Shown here piece after piece: positions 37,001 to 50,886 of a DNA stretch of 64,000 bases. The DNA is from Phallusia mammillata. Its lineage: Eukaryota. Position 1 is the stretch's first letter. Every line of letters begins with the position of its first letter. The stretch spans positions 24,056,001-24,120,000 of the forward strand of contig OZ281497.1 of assembly GCA_965637545.1 (NCBI GenBank). The letters run 5' to 3'. The position numbers were made by a program, and so were the translations under genes. The notes beneath the pieces are model-generated. The model was given only the letters and a program-made list of their open reading frames with translations. It was not told the origin of the DNA and made no database searches.

Positions 37001-38983
37001 ATCTGTAATTTGTAAAACAGATATAAGTTACTGTTTTAGTTGTTAACATGCATGAATGGGATGACACAGCGGTTAGTGTAGGGTGCTTGCGACCATGAGG
37101 TTCACGAATTAAATCCCGTCATAACTGCTGTGTCAAACATAAAAAATGTTGTTCATCTTTCAAGAAAATAAACTTTAGGTTAAGACTGTGGCTGAAACAG
37201 ACAGAAACCTAGAAATATAAACTGAGCCACAGCAAAGTCTGAACCAAAAGATTGCGGACACGTGTTAAGAAGCACAGCACCGCCACTGGTCGGCAGACAA
37301 TTGAGATTCGAACCCACGACTGAAAAGGCTCAGTCGTGGGTTCGAATCTCACCGCAGGCTAGATTTTTCTACTCTACTCCTCGCCGCAAGGGAATGCTTG
37401 GCAGATAGGCTTGTATAGGTACGACCCCATCAATAGGCCTGACGTAGTTTGAATGCTAGGCTTTACAAATTGACTTAATTTTTAAACTAGTATATTGTAT
37501 ACTATACAATATACAATTTATAGTATACCCAATTGTGTTTGCATGTGTAATCATCCTTGCAATTGTTAAACCAAGCTTCACAGGCATCAAGTGACAATGG
37601 AACGTTACGATACCGTTCAGTTCTGTACGAATTCGGTTTCTAGATGAAATCCACTCAGTGTCAGAATAATTTATTGTTTCTCAACTTTGTTAGGTTTCAA
37701 ACTGGTTTTAGCTTTTGTTAATAATTTGTGGATTCGATAAAAGTATGAGTTAAATTGAACATTATTCAGTTGAAATCTACTTTTGTTTGGTGCTTCAAGA
37801 AATTTGGTTTCAATGTTTTATTCATTATTATTGTTATGATGTAAGTCAAAGTATACGACATAACCAAAGGAGTTGAAAGGGTTGATCATGTCCAAAACGC
37901 ATTTCCCTAATCCCCAATCCAAAAGATAAGACATCCCATATGTGCAGATGTGTGAAATCGAAAGCACTCTGTCAACTTTATTTTTTATCCAATAACTTAC
38001 TTCAAAGATAGTTACGCAATTTAAATACAAAATTTAGTAAAAATCTGTAGGCTACAATATATATTCCTGGTTTCACTACTCTCGATGCTTGGTTGCAAAA
38101 AAATTATGTGGAAATTACGTTTACATAATGTAGATCTTTTCTTGTCACTTTGAGAGAATTTCTCCCGAAAATAGCATCTGAGTGGCATGTTTGTTTTTCA
38201 TTGTTCCAAAAAATTGTTAGTTTCCATGACTCAACTGTTCATAAATCAAAAATGTTTCGAAACTGTTTTGTACATAAGAGTCTATTCAAAAGGTTGCCAA
38301 TCGTGGAAGGTTAACTGTTGATCAGCCACTGTGGGTAGGAGTTTTGCTTGTTTTTGAAGCAATTGTCTATGTCGAAGTACTTGAATGTTTGGCTGAAAAT
38401 TAAAAGATTGGCCTAAAATCCTTGACAGACTTTCCAACAAAAACTTAATCTTAGTTCTTATTAGGTATAAGTCTGCTTTCAAACCACTGATCAAAACTGC
38501 TTAATAATTATTTTCTGCATGGTTTGGCGGACCAACGATCTGTGCGTTTACTAATACAAAAGTATGTGGTAACTAACAAAACCTTACTGTTAATTTTTTT
38601 GTTCAAACAAATTCAAAATTCAAAACGCAATATTCGTCACAGAAATTGTTTATTCACAGGTTTTGAAGAACTGCAATTAATACAACAATACATTAATTAA
38701 CTGTATTTTACAATACCAATGAAACACAAGGAAAAGTGCAAACACTAGAACAGTTTCAAAGGCCAAGTGGCCGAGTCACAAAGCACATCTTCGCTATTGA
38801 CACGTTTTTTACATAAAAAAAATACATAAAAAATACATAAAAAAACGCAATGAAAAATCCGATCCAACGGTAAAGCCTAACTGCGGAGTCATTGTGAGCA
38901 TAACAGTTTAAGCATTTCCCGCCTAACCAGTATAAAAATAAACAAACAAAATGTTCAGAAATCTTATAGTGTTTTAGTGCAAT

Positions 38984-40533
38984 TTAAAAACTCTTTCTTG
39001 GTATAGGGGCGGGTGGGCGATCATATTGGCAAATTTCCTCAGGATTAGATCTTGTTTCGTGGCTAGTTTTCATTGGAATTTCATACACCGACTCTTCAAC
39101 TGCATTCGGATTGGTCTGATTTATATCTGTGGCTTGGTTAGGTTGTTTGTTGGACCTGCAAATGCAAAAAAACTCTTTGAGATTTTTTTTTTCAAACTGA
39201 AAACTGAATATTCTTTACAAAACATTGTATGAGCTGCATCTCATGACTGCGAAATCGTATCGGGTTCTGAAAAGTCGATATGGAAACGTTGGTTAAACAG
39301 CAACGGTGCAATTGTTTATTTAAAGTAAAACTTCAGGCCAGGGCTTTATATTCACCATAAAGTATATTCAAAATGAATCAACGCATTTTGCAGGCAATTT
39401 CCCACCAAAATAATAAAAATAAAACAACAACAAAGTAGTTCGTTGTAGATTTTGGTTGAAGTTTGCTAGTTTACCTTTTCCTGTCCCAGTAAAACACAGC
39501 AATAAGGACAACAAGAACCAGAAAGAAAAATCCTGCCAAGGCGCTTGGAACTGCAACTGCTACCAATCGGTATTCATCTGCTGAAACGTGTGGTGATGTA
39601 GCTAGGAATTGTTAATAATTGAATGTTCCCTATGTGGAAAACGTCTTAACCCCTGGGGATGAATACAGTGCCATTGGAATTATACTTTTGTTAACATGCA
39701 GGATTTTAAAGTAGACTATAATAAAGTTTAGGCGTGCTACCAACGTCAATCATGCTATTGTTTCAATCGAAAATTTGCCTGCATGAAAAGATTCCATTTA
39801 AAGACTGACGTTGACTAATAAATGGCAGTCGAAGTTAGCTGCCAACAATGCTCTATAAGATGGATAACAGTAGATAGGCTGCAAAACCCATATGGTCACA
39901 GTCTTGTTACTAGCTGCACTTATGATACCTTATAGGCTACAGAAGGTTACCCTACATGATTGTAGCCTAATTCTTTATTATTGTTATTGCACTGTAATCA
40001 AATTGTTTATTAAACGATTACTGTTACCTACTTGCTTTGCTGGGAGTGGGATTGTGATGAGCTGAAACGAATCCTGTTTCCATTATTTGGTTTGTGCCTT
40101 CTGTGGTTTCTGAAATAACAAACAAAGTCGATCTTTGCAGGCACACAAAAACTGAGTGCTTAAAATAGTGATCAAGTCTTTTTTTAAACGGCTTTGTATT
40201 TAAAACTAACAAAATCTATATTAGAAAAATGTCACGAAGCAAACATTGGATATTTTTTGCAAAAACTTGTTTACATTTTTTTGCTATCAAAAAACATTGC
40301 TATAAAACCCATGCAGATCAATATTTAATTGTGGTAGTTTCTTTGCTATTATTGCTTTTACGATAAGCAACATGAATGTCAAACTACATAAAATATTTCT
40401 GTTTACCATAATAGTAGTTGATGTCTCCGGGTTCATCATCAAACTCGTAATTTACAAATCCTACCCCAGAGTAATAAACAGCCACAGATGTGGAAATATG
40501 CAAAATTATAACAACACAAATAGCCAACTTCAT
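38984..40533 (-). CDS. S4: small Tyr-rich single-pass membrane protein, 160 aa
   Basis: Exons 40407-40533, 40032-40109, 39475-39580, 38984-39155; essentially identical to S2/S3. Confidence 0.83.
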
Positions 40534-41084
40534 TTTGTGTTCAGTAGGCAATATGCAAAAACCACTTTCTGAAGAAAAATAGGTCCAAAAAAGGTTGTGA
40601 AACACTAAGCAGGAGCCCCAAAACGCGCTTCAAAACTATAACTAATATGTAGTTAGTTTCTTTTTTAAGGTTTAATTTATACTTTAATTAAATCAAAACC
40701 TTTAAAACGGTGTAGCTGCAGCGTGTTTAGGAATTATCCTCAATTCTGTCCTTAACTATTTTTGCACACCATAAGATTTCAACTTTGCGCAGCTGTTTCT
40801 AGGCGATGGTTCAGTGCAATTTTGTAGCTATGTGTTCTTTCACCAAGCGAACTATAAGGCTATGAACAATATGTTTTGTTTTTCTATGCTTGACGCTTAC
40901 AAAAAATGCTTATACGTTTTATAACGTAAAACTTTCTATAATAACTGTGTGAAAATTGCTTTTTTCGGCTATACTGAAAGCGACAACTTCTAACTATATC
41001 ATCCATGCAACACTATTTGCCAGTTTTCATCACCCAATAAAGCTGGATTGTGCGCTCACGGTTTGCCGAAACTATTTATTGTAC

Positions 41085-41208
41085 AAACCTATGAGCCAAT
41101 AAATGATAAGCTGCAGACAGTGCACACTGTTTCGACCTATAAGGTCTCATCAGTGCAGCACTGATGAGACCTTATAGGTCGAAACAGTGTGCACTGTCTG
41201 CAGCTTAT
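41085..41208. mobile_element. 124-bp palindromic insertion containing back-to-back hammerhead ribozymes (Penelope-like/retrozyme fragment)
   Basis: 12-bp TSD TATTTATTGTAC at 41073-41084 and 41209-41220; absent from the equivalent site in the other four S upstream regions; 59-bp arms (41098-41156, 41158-41216) with one mismatch. Confidence 0.9.
41110..41159 (-). ncRNA. Intact type-I hammerhead ribozyme
   Basis: Minus strand: GCTGCA-CTGATGA-GACCT-TAT-AGGTC-GAA-ACAGT-GTGC-ACTGT-C/TGCAGC; canonical CUGAUGA and GAAA core, three fully paired stems, GUC cleavage triplet (cut between 41116 and 41115). Confidence 0.88.
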
Positions 41209-42017
41209 TATTTATTGTACTTTATGATGACTCAAGTCAATTCATGTAGTTTCGAAACTTGACAGGTTAATTGTTCATTATACACTGTGTATGACCTTAG
41301 TCTGTTTTCAAAGGAAGTCTCGACTTACTTTTTGTACATCCCACCAACCTCATAAATATTTTTAATATCACAGTAAAACTGCCAGGAAAACGTTTAATTT
41401 TGTCTATTATGTGATTTATTGCAAATTTTAAAATATGTGTAAAAATTGCAAGGTCATGTAAGTTGCACAAGAATATCACTAACTTTTTGCGTTTGTAAAA
41501 AGTGACTGTGGTTTATAATTCCCGCACAGCCTCTTTTGTTAATACACCACATAAAAATCGAAGGTAACAAAAACAAAAATGAAACATTTAGCATACAAAA
41601 AGTAATGCTTATGCCACTTTTGTTTGAACCAAAAATACATCTCTCAACAGTTTTCGATGGGAATATGTCATACTCAAACGCAGCGGAACTGTACACAAAG
41701 CATTCACGCATGCAAAAAAACAACAACAATTGCTTAGGGCTAAAACGTTGGAAAGAGCAATTCAGTAAAGGTACCCAGTTTATGGATGAAAGAGGAAATA
41801 CATTTATAATAATTATTGGGTTAGACTAGGACCCTTTGAAGTGTAAGGGCCCACACAAAACCACGGGACTGACGAATATTACCATTTCAAAAAGAAGCTA
41901 GGCAACTAATAGAAGACTCCATTGTGGCTTTAGTTGAAAAATATTGCTGCTCATTGTCACATGATTTCATTTTTTTGACAAATTTAGAGTTCACAAGAAG
42001 GCTAGTTTCGACTGCAA

Positions 42018-45000
42018 TTAACATACACCACCGACACTGGATGCAACTTTTGGAAGAGGAAAAGCAGGTCGGTCAAAAGGATAAGTTTGTTCAGTATCAA
42101 GTCCATTGTGGTAGCGTTTTTTCTCAAACACCGGAACTTCGTAAATTGGTTCTTCAGTTTCGGCCGAAGCTGCAGCTCTTGCGTTGTTTATTGGCCATGG
42201 GTTTCTCCTATAATGTTCCTTGTTGGCACTGCAAATTAAAAAAATAACTGTAACCTTGAATGAACCCTAACCTTAAAAGTGCATGAACTACATTTGTTTG
42301 CATTACACATATGTCATAAAATGAAAAAAAGGTGGTTAAACAAAATATCGGTCATGGTTATTCAATATATTCTACAAATCATTGTTTTTGACCCTTTGGC
42401 AACCTTTTTAAATAAGTCACTGGTTCTCATATCCTGAGTTTTAGCATATTTAAGTATGCTTATCCATTAACGCTAATCATTTTAGCATCCCAGTAGCACC
42501 CCTTTTCCTCGGCAAATTGTGGGATGGCGTGAACTTGAGGTGTTAAGTTGAAGACGGGTACCGGTTCTGTGCTATTGGGTGCTCTATTCGCCCTGCAAAT
42601 GCAAAACATGTGTGAAAAGATTTTTTTTAAACACTATAAAATTCACCCTAATTGTTTGTATAAGTTGCATTAAGTTAAAAATCGTGTTGGTTGCAATGCA
42701 ATTTCACAAATCCTAAATGAGAGTTTCTAACTTTTGTCAATACGCTCTTAAGCCAACGATGACAATGTCGACTGCAAAGGCGCGCAAAATTTCCATCATT
42801 GGTTACTGAGTTAGGGACATGAAAAGTTACAAAATGTGACAAAAAACTCCCTTTCGGCCGAAAATCACGTTTTGTAGCGGGCGATAGAGAAGTCCAATTG
42901 GGCTCTAAATGTGCACATGCGTTAAAGTTGATTATATCAGTTATCCTAATCTTGCTGTGCGTACGGTCAGCAGTTCTTATTCCTTAAACGTACAAATTTT
43001 TGGAGCACCAGATAGCAGCAGGTACATTTCTGGTTTAAGCAAAGTTCTTCAGAATATCTGACCTTGTTTAACTGCAACATAATCACCCAACTGTTTTCGT
43101 TGTTGGTTACCCTTCCTTTTAGCAAAGTTTGCTTTTTTACCTTCTTCTTTTTCGGCAAAGCACAACGATTACGATCACAAGAACAATGAGAACGATTCCT
43201 CCCACGGAACATGAGATTGCAATTATCAACGTCTGGTCATCTATTAAAGTTGAAACGTTCGTTAGTGATTACAATTGATAAATTTAAGCAAAAAGACATA
43301 ATATGTATTAAGCAGGACAATGCCATTTCAATACCAAAGACAAGCCGCAGAAACATAACACGCAAATTTAAAAACTTTTGTATTGTTAGTATTTTTTACT
43401 GCTTACTAGTTTGAGGAGCCTTTACAGTGGTCTCTGGAACATAAGAAAATAAATGTTATTTTAGAACAGTGTTCGGCAACCGCAGATCCGCGGCCCACTG
43501 CGACGAGTTCGTTAACGGGCTGTATAATTTTTCGGGTTAAATGCTTTAAAACATTTTGCCCATATATCTCAGGATGATAAACTAATAAAATTTCACTTTC
43601 AAAAGCGGCCCGCAGAGCAAAAAAGGTTGCCACACCTTGTTTTAGAAGAACCGCGTTTATTAATGATTTTTCTGTTTTTCCATTTTTTTGCTAAGTTTGT
43701 CTCAAAAACGATTTTGCTACGTTTCATTGGATAGACGTTGATGTTGAAAGTGTTTTTTTGACAACTGCTTTCAAAAAAATTCAGTTTACCACGTTTTTCA
43801 AATACAAAGAAAAAAATAATATTGCTCGTTTCATTGGACTGCGTCTAAACCAGTGGTTCTTAACCGGTGGGAAATTTAATGTTTTCAGAGGGAAATTATG
43901 TAAGTCAGGTAACCAAACTCGGGGCCCAAGGGTCGAACCGGGGTTTGAATAAGTCGTTGAAAGTTACTTTCCTAAAAAATTTTCCGCAACAACATGTTAG
44001 ATTAATTTTTAACCTAGTTTTACAAGACGCCTAAAAATACAAGGCCGTTTGTTACATCACATACATGTCTGATAGTATCAATGACTGTGCTATTGTGCGC
44101 GAATAAAGGCCTTTCCTTTGTTGATTGTGATGCAATAAATGACTATTGCAAGCAGAGGAAACTCTATAATATTCCATAAGCTTTATTCTCTCATAGAAGC
44201 ACTATTTAAACTGAATAAGATTGTAGTATATAACTTTGGGGTTCCAGACCAAATCGCTTCACAAAATTATTTCATTTAAAGAATATTTTTTTTGTAAAAA
44301 TAACAAAGGGAAAAATTCAAACTTGGTGATTGACTTTAGTGGGAAACCACACCAAAGAGGTTAAGAACCACTGGGATAGACCTTGATACTGAAAGTGTTT
44401 TTTTTTTCACAACTGTTTTTAAAAATTTTCAGTTTACCACGTGTTTCAAATACAAACCAAATATGATATTGCTCGGAATATAGCAAACGACTTTTTGTTT
44501 TTTAAACAAAATTGTATGAAATGTTTTTTTAGTATGAATCCGTAATTACCTTTTGAGTCCGTGGTTGTCCCTGGAGTAGGAAATGTGTTTGGACGAATAT
44601 TTCAAAAACATAGAGGAAAAACAATGATTGATATTCAATGATGTTTTTGCAACAACACTTATGGTATTAAGTGAGACAGTTAACGCATTGAAAGCCATTT
44701 CGTAGCAAGACACAGGTTTTTTTTAAGGTTCGGTTTGGGTGACCGCTAAGTAGTTTTAAGATACCGCAAGTGTTTCATTTAAATACCAAAAATAGCCATA
44801 TATGCTTAAACAAATTATTGTAGTTGCAAGTCCAAATTTTGGGAAACCGCTGGAGAAATTAAAAACACGTTAAAAAAACACTGGCAAGACCTATGCGTTT
44901 TTGTTTTGACACAAAAAACAAAACGATTTTCAAATAGGGTTTGTCAATGTCAATCTTAACCCATACGTAAAAACAAACGATATAAGCAAAAAAAGGAAAA

Positions 45001-45895
45001 AAAAACGTTATGCAAATCCGTTTTACCTTTAAGAGTTCTTTGGCAGATATATCTAGCACTTGATGGACATAACGATGCGCTTATCTCCGAATAACTAGTG
45101 GGAGATGATTTCGAAATTTTGCTGCAATAGTTATTCCCAGTTCGAACATAAAACTCTTTTTCTGTAAGCACAAGTTTGTGGGTTTGAACAATACGATATG
45201 CACCAAAGTTGTAACAGGTAATAAACCTGGATATCAGACAAACCCAGCCCACATCCGTTTTCTACAAAACATGAATTGCTCTCAAAGCTTTAATGTAATC
45301 AAAATAATAATAATAAAAACTCGGTTGGTTTAGAGTTGGATGAGGGTGGAACTTATGGGCCACAACTCGAAGGCACAAGCTTGAAACCCGTGTAGTTTTG
45401 CAAAACTGAAACCATATCCAATTTGGCGGACATAACCTGTTCAACCACAATCAAAAAAGTAATTGTGGCAGAGTATGAGTTCAGACCCGGTAATTGAGAA
45501 ACATTAAGCCAAACATTAAACCACAGGTTCGAATTCTGAATAGGATTTGCGTTTACAAACTGGTAACAGTTTAAACTTTGAAAAGTCTCATAGCTGCACA
45601 ATTGCATTAATTTCACCAAACCGGAACCAGTAAATAAAGGTTACTTACTGGAAGAAAAAATAAAAATAAGTGTTGGCTTTGGAAGAAACCCTTGAAGAAA
45701 GTGAAGAAGGCGATTTGATTGTACACTCGCTATCTTTGCATTTAGCTTTGAGCATTCTTTCTCAGCTTGATTATACGAATAGACTTCGTCGGACCCAATA
45801 TAATACTCGTTTCCATCAAAAGATTGCCAAGTTTGGGCGGAACATGAATGCCAAATTCCAACCACGAAAAGCATTAGGTGTATATTGTTTGCCAT
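42018..45895 (-). CDS. L4: C-type lectin-like receptor; exon 5 splice donor deleted (in frame if exon 5 is skipped)
   Basis: Exons 45649-45895, 45027-45161, 43407-43433, 43141-43240 and 42018-42228 intact; 7-bp deletion (acattgg) at ~42504 removes the exon 5 GT donor. Intron 1 also lacks ~270 bp at ~45538. Confidence 0.7.
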
Positions 45896-48800
45896 ATGTA
45901 CAGTGTCGAATATTAAGCTGTAAAAAACGCATAAATGCATAGGTTTTTCGACGAATATCAGCAACTACCTATAACTTGTTTTTCAAGTGGTTTGTGTAAC
46001 AATGTTCAAGGAGTAGAGATTTTCGTTTTTGTGCTGATCCGAGCCGTCGCAGCTTTATGAACGTTTTTATCGTTAAGAGAGTTGTCAGCGGTCCTTAAGT
46101 TGCGTTCTGGACCCGAAAGTACAAGCCAGCAACCCGACTCGCACTCGATTTTTAAAAAAATACAAAGTTGGAACTAGGCCTGAAATTTGGTGAAAATGCG
46201 GCTAAAATGATGCCGAATATAAAGTCAGGTTCAAATCAAGATCGTTTTATTACAACTTATGTCTGAACTCAACCCAAATGCGTAAATCCTGGCCCGACTT
46301 ACAACTCTGCTTTATTTAAATTTGACAAGTTAGTTATTTTAAGCGTGCTGTTTTATCAAACAGTATTTCTGTTATCCCCTTCGTACCATGCACCATCGAC
46401 TAGTCTAAATAGCAAAGCTTCCCGTTCGTAAACATAACTGAATTAAATATATTGATCTAAAGTAACGGTATCTCAGAATAAGCCCTTCAAGCGCAGTACA
46501 AAAAACAACAACCTTGCAATCAAGTCTAAATCTTCTTTCAAATATAATAATTTTATGTACATAGAATTTAAATAATTCTGTAAGCAAATGCTAAACTAAT
46601 TCTTTATTTAAAACTCTTTCTGTGTTGCTAAGATGAGAAAAAATCTAAAATTAAAGCATAATTGCTTGGTCTCTACTTTACACACAATAAACACTTACTT
46701 GCTCGTTTTCGACGCTAAAACAATAAACGGATATAACGTGTACATGGCGTAAATCATTTTATAGCGAAACTTTCTTGTTCCTGCCTTACCAAAAGCAATA
46801 CCACAATAGGTGTGAACTTTTATTGTTGCCAGTTTATATTAACCTGACATGAGGTTAATACACTAAATATATGTCGGACATGCGTCTTGCATTTTGTATG
46901 ACTGGTAATTCTCTATTCAAAAGCTTAGGAAACGTGACAGGTAAATTTTTTATCAGTCACTGAGTATGAATTGCTTCTGAAGAGAATCGTATATATTAGT
47001 TGCAAAGCATGGCATTTCAGCCTGTAAGACCTAAAAACCTGAAGGTCCGTACCTTGGCTATTAGCCTGTTTATGCCCATTATATTGTTGCCAGCTGCAGC
47101 TGCACTGATATGGCTGTACAGGTCTAACACTGTACATTGTCAAGTTTTCTGGTTCGCTGTGTGATCTATTTCACACAATTGCATCGAACCTCCACTACAC
47201 TATCCTTACAAACTCGGTGTATATTCGCTTGACGACATCTTGTAAATCTGTGACAGTCTTTGTTAGATTTTCCCTGGCAGCCATATTTAGAAGATGCCAC
47301 ACATCAGAAGTTTACTTACAAACCCTCAGTGCTCATTAGAGAAGTAATTATCTGGTGGACAGCTAATACAAGATTACATACCAACTGCACTTTATACATA
47401 GCTTTAATAGCTCACAACACCAAACAGCAAATGTCTTGTCGCCAGCTGCACTAATAAGACCGTTTTGGTCGAAACGGTGGTCACTGCCTGCAACCAACCT
47501 ATTATTCTACTGAGGCGTTGCTTTTATTCTACGTTAATTGTTTCCATATATTAGGCCTGCAACACGACGTATACGTAAAGTTTAAAAATTTAAACACTGT
47601 TTCAAAAAACAATTCACTTATCTATTGAGTTTTAGTGTTTTAGATAAGTTTTGAAACTTTCAATTATGTTCTCAAATATGTTCAATCAAAAGACCTAATC
47701 TGTTAAATTTTTAAATTAAGTTTTCTGGTATGCGATCAATTAGTATTGGATCAGTAAAACGGAGGTTATGGTCATCAGTGTCGTAAGTACAATATTATCG
47801 ATGAGTTTTCCAGCTCCACAAGGTAATTTCATTTTCTTGGCGTAATGTGCTGCCACCTAACGACAAAACAATGAAGCTTTACGTGGTATCAATGAGTATA
47901 AAACTCAAATTCTCTTTTATAAAAAAAATCTCTTTTATAAAAACCTGTGGGAATTTGTAACCATGAGCGATGACTTTCAGATGATTTAATACTGCGTTAA
48001 CCAATTTTACAATGCGTGAGCCAAAGAACTTTTTTATAGAGAAAACACCATGCAGACGCGTCAGTAATCATTGAAGCAGGTTGTCCATCGAGCTATAGAA
48101 CACGGCATATAAAACACTTAAACGGTGAAAAAAACGATCAATGCCAGGTGTGTTAAGTGATGTCTGACGGAATTGGCGATTAGAAATGTTGCGTTGACAA
48201 AAAATAAGAACCGGAGATGTTTGTCAGCTATATGACAGATGTAAGGGCATGGAAACTGTGTCAATGTTGAGCTTGGGGTCGTGCTTGTTAATAGAAAGCG
48301 ATTCGACAAACAACAGTCTGATGCAGTCTTGGCTAAAGGGACTCGTATGCAAAATGTGTATGTTGGCCATTTACTTGGTTTTGGTCTCCCTAAATGAATA
48401 TTAATGATTATCATTAAAACTTAAGGGGAAACTGCTTAAGTTTGGAGTGAATAAACAGATTTTGCATTTTGTAGTTGTATTCTAAGTCCTAAGAAACAGT
48501 GACACAACCGGTAAGATATGTATCAAATGTATGTTAAAGGTCAGCAAACGCTTATGTACGACAAGGTGAAGTAATAATGTTTGTTTCATTTTGTTGCGAC
48601 CATGAGCTTCACGAATTAAATCCCGTCGTAACTGCTTTGTCAAACTTAAAAATTTGTTGTTCACCTTTCAAGCAAATAAACTTTAGGTTAAGACTGTGGC
48701 TGAAACAGACAGAAACCTAGAAATATAAACTGAGCCACAGCAAAGTCTGAACCAAAAGATTGCGGACACGTGTTAAGAAGCACACCACCGCCACTAGTGG

Positions 48801-48939
48801 GCAGACAATTGTTTATCCATCACCAACCTAACTTAAAATGTGCAGTTAATCAGAAGTAATGAACACAAAACAACGACATGGCCAAGAAATCCACAACATT
48901 TGATATTTTTTCTAAACAAGACAAACAGGCAGCTTTACA

Positions 48940-49070
48940 GTCTATGTAGTTCGATAGAGCGCGAGTCCCGGAAAGGCTCCTGTCGTGGGTTCGAATCTCA
49001 CCGCAGGCTAGATTTTTCTACTCTACGCCTTGCCGCAAGGGAATGCTTGGGAGATAGGCTTGTATACGTT
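48940..49070 (+). mobile_element. tRNA-derived SINE head (longer version of the element seen as a foldback in the three units)
   Basis: A-box-like TAGTTCGATAG, B-box GGTTCGAATC, then the same body (ctcaccgcaggctagatttttctactctac..gccgcaagggaatgcttgg) as 13615-13685. Confidence 0.6.
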
Positions 49071-49288
49071 CAACCCTGTAGCGACCCCTGTCGCTTATGT
49101 ATTTCTTACGAAGCGTTACGTTTGCCTTTTTCCTATTGTGCGTGTGTTTTGCCTTTTTCGTTTGGTGCGCACGTTTGCTATGCGTTTGGTTTGACGCGTC
49201 ATTCTATTATTTGCGATTGAAATAAACGGACGCTACATTTGGTGACCCCAAATCCAGAAACGACTTTTCTGGAGTTCATTAAATAAGC

Positions 49289-49971
49289 ATGTCAACCGAC
49301 GGAGACACCCAGCATGCTGTTGCGATCAAACTTCCGACTTTCTGGTCAGCAGAACCACGTGTTTGGTTCCAACAAATTGAGGCACAATTTGCATTAAAAA
49401 ACATAGTTGCAGACCAAACAAAGTTTTATTATATAGTGTCCGCACTTGATGAAGATACAGCAAAGCGTATAATCGATTTATTGGAAGATCCTCCAGCAGA
49501 AAACAAGTTCGCATCAATTAAACAAAGACTGCTGGATTCTTTTGATTTATCAAATCAAGAAAGAGCAGCACGCCTGCTAAACATGGCACCTCTCGGTGAC
49601 AGAAAACCTTCTGAACTTATGGACGAATGCTAGCCCTAATGGGAAAACACCAGTCTTGCTTTCTATTCCAACATTTGTTTTTACAACATATGCCGGAAGA
49701 TATTCGTATTGTCCTCGTTTAAAAAGATTTGGAAAACCCTCGCGATTTGGCAAAACAGGCGGATAGGTTATGGCTTGTTCGGACGAGCAACACAGACTAC
49801 ACCATTGCCAAATTAAGAAAGCAGAGGCAAGCTAAATCTACAACACTTTTCAACAGCAACGACAGTAGTCAGTATTGTTTTTACCACCGGCGTTTTAAAC
49901 AAGATGCACGACAATGTCGTCCACCATGTGCTGCACAACAGGGAAACGCCAAGGCCGGTTGTCCACAATGA
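49289..49971 (+). pseudogene. gag: Gypsy gag, frameshifted
   Basis: KLPTFWSAEPRVWFQQIEAQF..TKFYYIVSALD gag signature; frameshift near 49628 and a nonsense codon near 49720; C-terminal CFYHRRFKQDARQCRPPC Cys/His motif. Confidence 0.88.
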
Positions 49972-50886
49972 ATGGGACAACCGGCAAATCACACAACTTA
50001 TTTTTCGTGTGGGATCGAACCTCTGGTTGCAACTTTCTCGTGGACACTGGTGCTGAAATCAGTGCCTTCTGGCTATGAAAGGAGAATGATCCACAAGGGA
50101 CAAAATCTCACAGCAGCTAACGGCAGCAATATAACAACCTACGGTTCCAAGTTAATTTCTCTTGATATTCCTTCCGGCAAGTTTGAATGGAAGTTTGTGC
50201 CCGCCGACGTATCTAGGCCACTACTTGGAGCAGATTTCCTTCGAGCGCACGGTTTACTTGTTGATGTTAAACGGCAATGTCTGGTACATGCTCAGTCGTT
50301 AACTAGCATGACCATAGGCAAGACAAACCAAGCGGCTCCTCGCCTAAACGCAATTAGCAACGCACAATCAAGTTATGTCAAACATTTACAAAGTTTCCGG
50401 ACATAACAACGCCACATTTTTCTGCAGTAATGCCAAAACATGGTGTGGAACATCACATTCCCACCAGCGGCCTACCAGTGCACTCTCGGGCAAGACGACT
50501 TCCACCCGAAAAACTAGTCATTGCAAAGGCAAAATTTAGTAAAATGATGGAACTGGGAATAGTCCGCCGTTCATCCAGTCGATGGTCGTCTCCACTTCAT
50601 ATGGTTCCCAAAACATCAGGTGGATGGCGCCCCTGTGGCGATTACAGGCGGCAGGAACTTGGCCGAACGGTCTGGCGCGCCTGACCCATATACAGACATA
50701 AAAAAACTGATCGGGATTCGTCCCCGGGAGAGTCCTGGGTTCGAACCCCGTGAAAAAAAAAAACAACCAGACCGTTACTCGATCCCACATATCCAGGATT
50801 TTACAACACGACTGGCAGGGGCTAAGATTTTTTCTAAAATCGATCTGGTTCGAGGATATCACCAGGTACCCGTTACGCCAGCGTAG
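49972..50886 (+). pseudogene. pol: Gypsy pol fragment (aspartic protease + N-terminal reverse transcriptase)
   Basis: FLVDTGAEIS active site in an alternate frame (~50033-50062), LTAANGS and PLLGADFL protease motifs; RT motifs [41 protein letters not shown]; stops before YxDD. Confidence 0.9.
50650..50763 (+). mobile_element. Short tRNA-derived retroposon inserted in the RT coding region
   Basis: Perfect A-box TGGCCGAACGG, B-box GGTTCGAACCC, A-tail; interrupts DYRR..PDRYS; second copy at 62161-62270. Confidence 0.85.

Larger units (their letters stand above)
8450..46000. repeat. Near-identical tandem segmental duplication, period ~11.8-11.9 kb, about three full units (S2-L2, S3-L3, S4-L4)
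   Basis: Identical ORF translations recur, e.g. at 14087/25973/37818, 16654/28529/40384 and 21970/33812/45641. Outer boundaries approximate. Confidence 0.95.
49077..50886 (+). mobile_element. 3'-truncated, decayed Ty3/Gypsy LTR retrotransposon
   Basis: 161-bp LTR 49077-49237 with TGTAGCG...CGCTACA inverted termini and AATAAA; PBS-like TTTGGTGACCCC at 49238; gag, protease and N-terminal RT follow. No RNase H, integrase or 3' LTR. Confidence 0.92.

Noticed and set aside
8450-46000. Possibility that the triplication is an assembly artefact
   Set aside because: Each unit has private structured differences (707-bp MITE with TSD, 34-bp, 10-bp and 7-bp deletions, TSD-flanked palindrome) that are not typical sequencing errors, although exact copy number needs read support.
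48241-48395. ~155-bp insert upstream of L4 with TAA-GGG..CCC-TAA ends resembling a PIF/Harbinger MITE
   Set aside because: TIR similarity is only 3 bp and removing it does not regenerate the empty-site sequence seen in other units.
50650-50763. Functional tRNA-Met(CAT) gene
   Set aside because: The 3' acceptor strand is missing, the T-stem is incomplete and an A-tail follows; treated as a retroposon.
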